A stretch of 64,000 bases of DNA. Origin: the human T2T-CHM13v2.0 reference genome, Homo sapiens. Position 1 is the first letter of the stretch. The number at the start of each line of letters is the position of its first letter. The position numbers and the translations under genes are program-made. The notes under the pieces are model-generated. The model saw nothing but the letters and a program-made list of their open reading frames with translations, made no database searches and was not told the DNA's origin. This document shows positions 51,901-62,000 of the stretch, one piece after another. Where the stretch lies: NCBI RefSeq assembly GCF_009914755.1, contig NC_060931.1. One strand, 5' to 3'.

Positions 51901-54900
51901 CATTGAGGCCTTCGTTGGAAACGGGATTTCTTCATTTCATGCTAGACAGAAGAATTCTCAGTAACTTCTTTGTGCTGTGTGTATTCAACTCACAGAGTGG
52001 AACGTCCCTTTGCACAGAGCAGATTTGAAACTCTCTTTTTGTGGAGTTTGCAAGTGGAGATTTCAAGCGATTTGATGCCAACAGTAGAAAAGGAAATATC
52101 TTCAAATAAAAACTAGACAGAATCATTCTCAGAAACTACTTTGTGATGTGTGCCTTCACCTCACAGAGTTTAACCTTTCTTTTCTTAGAGCAGTTTAGAA
52201 ACACTCTGCTTGTTATGTCTGCAAGTGGATATTTGGACCTCTTTGAGGCCTTCGTTGCAAACGGGGTTTCTTCCTTTCATGCTAGACTAAGAAGAGTTCT
52301 CAGTAACTTTTTTGTGTTGTGTGTATTCAACTCACAGAGTTGAACCTTGCTTTAGAGAGAGCAGATTTGAAACACTCTTGCTGTGGCATTTTCAGGTGGA
52401 GATTTCAAGCGATTTGAGGACAATTGCAGAAAAGGAAATATCTTCGTATAATAACCAGACAGAATCATTCTCAGAAAGTGCTTTGTGATGTGTGCGTTCA
52501 ACTCACAGAGTTTAACCTTTCTTTTCATAGAGGAGTTTGGAAACACACTGTTTGTAAAGTCTGCAAGTGGATATATGGACCTGTTTGAGGCCTTCGTTGG
52601 AAACGGGATTTCTTCATTGAATGCTAGACGGAAGAATTCTCAGTAAATTCTTTGTGTTGTGTGCATTCAACTCACAGAGTGGAACGTCCCTTTAGACAGA
52701 GCAGATTTGAAACACTCTTTTTGCGGAATTTGCAAGTGGAGATTTCTAGCCATTTGATGCCAACAGTAGAAAGGGAAATATCTTCAAATAAAAACCAGAC
52801 AGAATCATTCTCAGAAAATTCTTTGTGATGTGCGCGTTCAACTCACATAGTTTAACCTTTCTTTTCATAGAGCAGTTTGGAAACACTCTGTTTGTAAAGT
52901 CTGCAAGTGGATCTATGGACCGCATTGAGGCCTTCGTTGGAAAGGGGATTTCTTCATTTCATGCTAGACAGAAGAATTCTCAGTAACTTCTTTGTGCTGT
53001 GTGTATTCAACTCACAGAGTGGAACGTCCCTTTGCACAGAGCAGATTTGAAACACTCTTTTTGTGGAGTTTGCAAGTGGAGATTTCTAGCGATTTGATGC
53101 CAACAGTAGAAAAGGAAATATCTTCAAATAAAAACTAGACAGAATCATTCTCAGAAACTACTTTGTGATGTGTGCCTTCAACTCACAGAGTTTAACCTTT
53201 CTTTTCTTAGAGCAGTTTAGAAACACTCTGCTTGTTATGTCTGCAAGTGGATATTTGGACCTCTTTGAGGCCTTCGTTGCAAACGGGGTTTCTTCCTTTC
53301 ATGCTAGACTAAGAAGAGTTCTCAGTAACTTTTTTGTGTTGTGTGTATTCAACTCACAGAGTTGAACCTTGCTTTAGAGAGAGCAGATTTGAAACACTCT
53401 TGCTGTGGCATTTTCAGGTGGAGATTTCAAGCGATTTGAGGACAATTGCAGAAAAGGAAATATCTTCGTATAATAACCAGACAGAATCATTCTCAGAAAG
53501 TGCTTTGTGATGTGTGCGTTCAACTCACAGAGTTTAACCTTTCTTTTCATAGAGGAGTTTGGAAACACACTGTTTGTAAAGTCTGCAAGTGGATATATGG
53601 ACCTGTTTGAGGCCTTCGTTGGAAACGGGATTTCTTCATTGAATGCTAGACGGAAGAATTCTCAGTAAATTCTTTGTGTTGTGTGCATTCAACTCACAGA
53701 GTGGAACGTCCCTTTAGACAGAGCAGATTTGAAACACTCTTTTTGCGGAATTTGCAAGTGGAGATTTCTAGCCATTTGATGCCAACAGTAGAAAGGGAAA
53801 TATCTTCAAATAAAAACCAGACAGAATCATTCTCAGAAAATTCTTTGTGATGTGTGCGTTCAACTCACATAGTTTAACCTTTCTTTTCATAGAGCAGTTT
53901 GGAAACACTCTGTTTGTAAAGTCTGCAAGTGGATATATGGACCGCATTGAGGCCTTCGTTGGAAACGGGATTTCTTCATTTCATGCTAGACAGAAGAATT
54001 CTCTGTAACTTCTTTGTGCTGTGTGTATTCAACTCACAGAGTGGAACGTCCCTTTACACAGAGCAGATTTGAAACACTCTTTTTGTGGAGTTTGCAAGTG
54101 GAGATTTCAAGCGATTTGATGCCAACAGTAGAAAAGGAAATATCTTCAAATAAAAACTAGACAGAATCATTTTCAGAAACTACTTTGTGATGTGTGCCTT
54201 CAACTCACAGAGTTTAACCTTTCTTTTCTTAGAGCAGTTTAGAAACACTCTGCTTGTTATGTCTGCAAGTGGATATTTGGACCTCTTTGAGGCCTTCGTT
54301 GCAAACGGGGTTTCTTCCTTTCATGCTAGACTAAGAAGAGTTCTCAGTAACTTTTTTGTGTTGTGTGTATTCAACTCACAGAGTTGAACCTTGCTTTAGA
54401 GAGAGCAGATTTGAAACACTCTTGCAGTGGCATTTTCAGGTGGAGATTTCAAGCGATTTGAGGACAATTGCAGAAAAGGAAATATCTTCGTATAATAACC
54501 AGACAGAATCATTCTCAGAAAGTGCTTTGTGATGTGTGCGTTCAACTCACAGAGTTTAACCTTTCTTTTCATAGAGGTGTTTGGAAACACACTGTTTGTA
54601 AAGTCTGCAAGTGGATATATGGACCTGTTTGAGGCCTTCGTTGGAAACGGGATTTCTTCATTGAATGCTAGACGGAAGAATTCTCAGTAAATTCTTTGTG
54701 TTGTGTGCATTCAGCTCACAGAGTGGAACGTCCCTTTAGACAGAGCAGATTTGAAACACTCTTTTTGCGGAATTTGCAAGTGGAGATTTCTAGCCATTTG
54801 ATGCCAACAGTAGAAAGGGAAATATCTTCAAATAAAAACCAGACAGAATCATTCTCAGAAAATTCTTTGTGATGTGTGCGTTCAACTCACATAGTTTAAC

Positions 54901-57900
54901 CTTTCTTTTCATAGAGCAGTTTGGAAACACTCTGTTTGTAAAGTCTGCAAGTGGATCTATGGACCGCATTGAGGCCTTCGTTGGAAACGGGATTTCTTCA
55001 TTTCATGCTAGACAGAAGAATTCTCAGTAACTTCTTTGTGCTGTGTGTATTCAACTCACAGAGTGGAACGTCCCTTTGCACAGAGCAGATTTGAAACACT
55101 CTTTTTGTGGAGTTTGCAAGTGGAGATTTCAAGCGATTTGATGCCAACAGTAGAAAAGGAAATATCTTCAAATAAAAACTAGACAGAATCATTCTCAGAA
55201 ACTACTTTGTGATGTGTGCCTTCAACTCACAGAGTTTAACCTTTCTTTTCTTAGAGCAGTTTAGAAACACTCTGCTTGTTATGTCTGCAAGTGGATATTT
55301 GGACCTCTTTGAGGCCTTCGTTGCAAACGGGGTTTCTTCCTTTCATGCTAGACTAAGAAGAGTTCTCAGTAACTTTTTTGTGTTGTGTGTATTCAACTCA
55401 CAGAGTTGAACCTTGCTTTAGAGAGAGCAGATTTGAAACACTCTTGCTGTGGCATTTTCAGGTGGAGATTTCAAGCGATTTGAGGACAATTGCAGAAAAG
55501 GAAATATCTTCGTATAATAACCAGACAGAATCATTCTCAGAAAGTGCTTTGTGATGTGTGCGTTCAACTCACAGAGTTTAACCTTTCTTTTCATAGAGGA
55601 GTTTGGAAACACACTGTTTGTAAAGTCTGCAAGTGGATATATGGACCTGTTTGAGGCCTTCGTTGGAAACGGGATTTCTTCATTGAATGCTAGACGGAAG
55701 AATTCTCAGTAAATTCTTTGTGTTGTGTGCATTCAACTCACAGAGTGGAACGTCCCTTTAGACAGAGCAGATTTGAAACACTCTTTTTGCGGAATTTGCA
55801 AGTGGAGATTTCTAGCCATTTGATGCCAACAGTAGAAAGGGAAATATCTTCAAATAAAAACCAGACAGAATCATTCTCAGAAAATTCTTTGTGATGTGTG
55901 CGTTCAACTCACATAGTTTAACCTTTCTTTTCATAGAGCAGTTTGGAAACACTCTGTTTGTAAAGTCTGCAAGTGGATATATGGACCGCATTGAGGCCTT
56001 CGTTGGAAACGGGATTTCTTCATTTCATGCTAGACAGAAGAATTCTCAGTAACTTCTTTGTGCTGTGTGTATTCAACTCACAGAGTGGAACGTCCCTTTG
56101 CACAGAGCAGATTTGAAACACTCTTTTTGTGGAGTTTGCAAGTGGAGATTTCAAGCGATTTGATGCCAACAGTAGAAAAGGAAATATCTTCAAATAAAAA
56201 CTAGACAGAATCATTCTCAGAAACTACTTTGTGATGTGTGCCTTCAACTCACAGAGTTTAACCTTTCTTTTCTTAGAGCAGTTTAGAAACACTCTGCTTG
56301 TTATGTCTGCAAGTGGATATTTGGACCTCTTTGAGGCCTTCGTTGCAAACGGGGTTTCTTCCTTTCATGCTAGACTAAGAAGAGTTCTCAGTAACTTTTT
56401 TGTGTTGTGTGTATTCAACTCACAGAGTTGAACCTTGCTTTAGAGAGAGCAGATTTGAAACACTCTTGCTGTGGCATTTTCAGGTGGAGATTTCAAGCGA
56501 TTTGAGGACAATTGCAGAAAAGGAAATATCTTCGTATAATAACCAGACAGAATCATTCTCAGAAAGTGCTTTGTGATGTGTGCGTTCAACTCACAGAGTT
56601 TAACCTTTCTTTTCATAGAGGAGTTTGGAAACACACTGTTTGTAAAGTCTGCAAGTGGATATATGGACCTGTTTGAGGCCTTCGTTGGAAACGGGATTTC
56701 TTCATTGAATGCTAGACGGAAGAATTCTCAGTAAATTCTTTGTGTTGTGTGCATTCAACTCACAGAGTGGAACGTCCCTTTAGACAGAGCAGATTTGAAA
56801 CACTCTTTTTGCGGAATTTGCAAGTGGAGATTTCTAGCCATTTGATGCCAACAGTAGAAAGGGAAATATCTTCAAATAAAAACCAGACAGAATCATTCTC
56901 AGAAAATTCTTTGTGATGTGTGCGTTCAACTCACATAGTTTAACCTTTCTTTTCATAGAGCAGTTTGGAAACACTCTGTTTGTAAAGTCTGCAAGTGGAT
57001 ATATGGACCGCATTGAGGCCTTCGTTGGAAACGGGATTTCTTCATTTCATGCTAGACAGAAGAATTCTCAGTAACTTCTTTGTGCTGTGTGTATTCAACT
57101 CACAGAGTGGAACGTCCCTTTGCACAGAGCAGATTTGAAACACTCTTTTTGTGGAGTTTGCAAGTGGAGATTTCAAGCGATTTGATGCCAACAGTAGAAA
57201 AGGAAATATCTTCAAATAAAAACTAGACAGAATCATTCTCAGAATCTACTTTGTGATGTGTGCCTTCAACTCACAGAGTTTAACCTTTCTTTTCTTAGAG
57301 CAGTTTAGAAACACTCTGCTTGTTATGTCTGCAAGTGGATATTTGGACCTCTTTGAGGCCTTCGTTGCAAACGGGGTTTCTTCCTTTCATGCTAGACTAA
57401 GAAGAGTTCTCAGTAACTTTTTTGTGTTGTGTGTATTCAACTCACAGAGTTGAACCTTGCTTTAGAGAGAGCAGATTTGAAACACTCTTGCTGTGGCATT
57501 TTCAGGTGGAGATTTCAAGCGATTTGAGGACAATTGCAGAAAAGGAAATATCTTCGTATAATAACCAGACAGAATCATTCTCAGAAAGTGCTTTGTGATG
57601 TGTGCGTTCAACTCACAGAGTTTAACCTTTCTTTTCATAGAGGAGTTTGGAAACACACTGTTTGTAAAGTCTGCAAGTGGATATATGGACCTGTTTGAGG
57701 CCTTCGTTGGAAACGGGATTTCTTCATTGAATGCTAGACGGAAGAATTCTCAGTAAATTCTTTGTGTTGTGTGCATTCAACTCACAGAGTGGAACGTCCC
57801 TTTAGACAGAGCAGATTTGAAACACTCTTTTTGCGGAATTTGCAAGTGGAGATTTCTAGCCATTTGATGCCAACAGTAGAAAGGGAAATATCTTCAAATA

Positions 57901-60900
57901 AAAACCAGACAGAATCATTCTCAGAAAATTCTTTGTGATGTGTGCGTTCAACTCACATAGTTTAACCTTTCTTTTCATAGAGCAGTTTGGAAACACTCTG
58001 TTTGTAAAGTCTGCAAGTGGATATATGGACCGCATTGAGGCCTTCGTTGGAAACGGGATTTCTTCATTTCATGCTAGACAGAAGAATTCTCAGTAACTTC
58101 TTTGTGCTGTGTGTATTCAACTCACAGAGTGGAACGTCCCTTTGCACAGAGCAGATTTGAAACACTCTTTTTGTGGAGTTTGCAAGTGGAGATTTCAAGC
58201 GATTTGATGCCAACAGTAGAAAAGGAAATATCTTCAAATAAAAACTAGACAGAATCATTCTCAGAAACTACTTTGTGATGTGTGCCTTCAACTCACAGAG
58301 TTTAACCTTTCTTTTCTTAGAGCAGTTTAGAAACACTCTGCTTGTTATGTCTGCAAGTGGATATTTGGACCTCTTTGAGGCCTTCGTTGCAAACGGGGTT
58401 TCTTCCTTTCATGCTAGACTAAGAAGAGTTCTCAGTAACTTTTTTGTGTTGTGTGTATTCAACTCACAGAGTTGAACCTTGCTTTAGAGAGAGCAGATTT
58501 GAAACACTCTTGCTGTGGCATTTTCAGGTGGAGATTTCAAGCGATTTGAGGACAATTGCAGAAAAGGAAATATCTTCGTATAATAACCAGACAGAATCAT
58601 TCTCAGAAAGTGCTTTGTGATGTGTGCGTTCAACTCACAGAGTTTAACCTTTCTTTTCATAGAGGAGTTTGGAAACACACTGTTTGTAAAGTCTGCAAGT
58701 GGATATATGGACCTGTTTGAGGCCTTCGTTGGAAACGGGATTTCTTCATTGAATGCTAGACGGAAGAATTCTCAGTAAATTCTTTGTGTTGTGTGCATTC
58801 AACTCACAGAGTGGAACGTCCCTTTAGACAGAGCAGATTTGAAACACTCTTTTTGCGGAATTTGCAAGTGGAGATTTCTAGCCATTTGATGCCAACAGTA
58901 GAAAGGGAAATATCTTCAAATAAAAACCAGACAGAATCATTCTCAGAAAATTCTTTGTGATGTGTGCGTTCAACTCACATAGTTTAACCTTTCTTTTCAT
59001 AGAGCAGTTTGGAAACACTCTGTTTGTAAAGTCTGCAAGTGGATATATGGACCGCATTGAGGCCTTCGTTGGAAACGGGATTTCTTCATTTCATGCTAGA
59101 CAGAAGAATTCTCAGTAACTTCTTTGTGCTGTGTGTATTCAACTCACAGAGTGGAACGTCCCTTTGCACAGAGCAGATTTGAAACACTCTTTTTGTGGAG
59201 TTTGCAAGTGGAGATTTCAAGCGATTTGATGCCAACAGTAGAAAAGGAAATATCTTCAAATAAAAACTAGACAGAATCATTCTCAGAATCTACTTTGTGA
59301 TGTGTGCCTTCAACTCACAGAGTTTAACCTTTCTTTTCTTAGAGCAGTTTAGAAACACTCTGCTTGTTATGTCTGCAAGTGGATATTTGGACCTCTTTGA
59401 GGCCTTCGTTGCAAACGGGGTTTCTTCCTTTCATGCTAGACTAAGAAGAGTTCTCAGTAACTTTTTTGTGTTGTGTGTATTCAACTCACAGAGTTGAACC
59501 TTGCTTTAGAGAGAGCAGATTTGAAACACTCTTGCTGTGGCATTTTCAGGTGGAGATTTCAAGCGATTTGAGGACAATTGCAGAAAAGGAAATATCTTCG
59601 TATAATAACCAGACAGAATCATTCTCAGAAAGTGCTTTGTGATGTGTGCGTTCAACTCACAGAGTTTAACCTTTCTTTTCATAGAGGAGTTTGGAAACAC
59701 ACTGTTTGTAAAGTCTGCAAGTGGATATATGGACCTGTTTGAGGCCTTCGTTGGAAACGGGATTTCTTCATTGAATGCTAGACGGAAGAATTCTCAGTAA
59801 ATTCTTTGTGTTGTGTGCATTCAACTCACAGAGTGGAACGTCCCTTTAGACAGAGCAGATTTGAAACACTCTTTTTGCGGAATTTGCAAGTGGAGATTTC
59901 TAGCCATTTGATGCCAACAGTAGAAAGGGAAATATCTTCAAATAAAAACCAGACAGAATCATTCTCAGAAAATTCTTTGTGATGTGTGCGTTCAACTCAC
60001 ATAGTTTAACCTTTCTTTTCATAGAGCAGTTTGGAAACACTCGGTTTGTAAAGTCTGCAAGTGGATCTATGGACCGCATTGAGGCCTTCGTTGGAAACGG
60101 GATTTCTTCATTTCATGCTAGACAGAAGAATTCTCAGTAACTTCTTTGTGCTGTGTGTATTCAACTCACAGAGTGGAACGTCCCTTTGCACAGAGCAGAT
60201 TTGAAACACTCTTTTTGTGGAGTTTGCAAGTGGAGATTTCAAGCGATTTGATGCCAACAGTAGAAAAGGAAATATCTTCAAATAAAAACTAGACAGAATC
60301 ATTCTCAGAATCTACTTTGTGATGTGTGCCTTCAACTCACAGAGTTTAACCTTTCTTTTCTTAGAGCAGTTTAGAAACACTCTGCTTGTTATGTCTGCAA
60401 GTGGATATTTGGACCTCTTTGAGGCCTTCGTTGCAAACGGGGTTTCTTCCTTTCATGCTAGACTAAGAAGAGTTCTCAGTAACTTTTTTGTGTTGTGTGT
60501 ATTCAACTCACAGAGTTGAACCTTGCTTTAGAGAGAGCAGATTTGAAACACTCTTGCTGTGGCATTTTCAGGTGGAGATTTCAAGCGATTTGAGGACAAT
60601 TGCAGAAAAGGAAATATCTTCGTATAATAACCAGACAGAATCATTCTCAGAAAGTGCTTTGTGATGTGTGCGTTCAACTCACAGAGTTTAACCTTTCTTT
60701 TCATAGAGGAGTTTGGAAACACACTGTTTGTAAAGTCTGCAAGTGGATATATGGACCTGTTTGAGGCCTTCGTTGGAAACGGGATTTCTTCATTGAATGC
60801 TAGACGGAAGAATTCTCAGTAAATTCTTTGTGTTGTGTGCATTCAACTCACAGAGTGGAACGTCCCTTTAGACAGAGCAGATTTGAAACACTCTTTTTGC

Positions 60901-61320
60901 GGAATTTGCAAGTGGAGATTTCTAGCCATTTGATGCCAACAGTAGAAAGGGAAATATCTTCAAATAAAAACCAGACAGAATCATTCTCAGAAAATTCTTT
61001 GTGATGTGTGCGTTCAACTCACATAGTTTAACCTTTCTTTTCATAGAGCAGTTTGGAAACACTCTGTTTGTAAAGTCTGCAAGTGGATATATGGACCGCA
61101 TTGAGGCCTTCGTTGGAAACGGGATTTCTTCATTTCATGCTAGACAGAAGAATTCTCAGTAACTTCTTTGTGCTGTGTGTATTCAACTCACAGAGTGGAA
61201 CGTCCCTTTGCACAGAGCAGATTTGAAACACTCTTTTTGTGGAGTTTGCAAGTGGAGATTTCAAGCGATTTGATGCCAACAGTAGAAAAGGAAATATCTT
61301 CAAATAAAAACTAGACAGAA

Positions 61321-62000
61321 TCATTCTCAGAATCTACTTTGTGATGTGTGCCTTCAACTCACAGAGTTTAACCTTTCTTTTCATAGAGGAGTTTGGAAAC
61401 ACACTGTTTGTAAAGTCTGCAAGTGGATATATGGACCTGTTTGAGGCCTTCGTTGGAAACGGGATTTCTTCATTGAATGCTAGACGGAAGAATTCTCAGT
61501 AAATTCTTTGTGTTGTGTGCATTCAACTCACAGAGTGGAACGTCCCTTTAGACAGAGCAGATTTGAAACACTCTTTTTGCGGAATTTGCAAGTGGAGATT
61601 TCTAGCCATTTGATGCCAACAGTAGAAAGGGAAATATCTTCAAATAAAAACCAGACAGAATCATTCTCAGAAAATTCTTTGTGATGTGTGCGTTCAACTC
61701 ACATAGTTTAACCTTTCTTTTCATAGAGCAGTTTGGAAACACTCTGTTTGTAAAGTCTGCAAGTGGATCTATGGACCGCATTGAGGCCTTCGTTGGAAAC
61801 GGGATTTCTTCATTTCATGCTAGACAGAAGAATTCTCAGTAACTTCTTTGTGCTGTGTGTATTCAACTCACAGAGTGGAACGTCCCTTTGCACAGAGCAG
61901 ATTTGAAACACTCTTTTTGTGGAGTTTGCAAGTGGAGATTTCAAGCGATTTGATGCCAACAGTAGAAAAGGAAATATCTTCAAATAAAAACTAGACAGAA
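61321..62000 (+). repeat. 4-mer structural variant HOR (680 bp): hybrid m1/m3 + m4 + m5 + m6, a 342-bp deletion
   Basis: Begins with m1 sequence (CTACTTTGTGATGTGTGCCTTC) and continues as m3 (TTTCATAGAGGAGTTTGGAAACACACTG). ORF spacing drops to 680 (61130 to 61810). Confidence 0.97.

Larger units (their letters stand above)
1..61320 (+). repeat. 60 consecutive full-length 1022-bp HOR copies with no net indel
   Basis: TCATTCTCAG...CTACTTTGTG recurs at 1, 30661 and 61321 (1+30x1022, 1+60x1022). All ORF-track spacings equal 1022. Confidence 0.97.
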
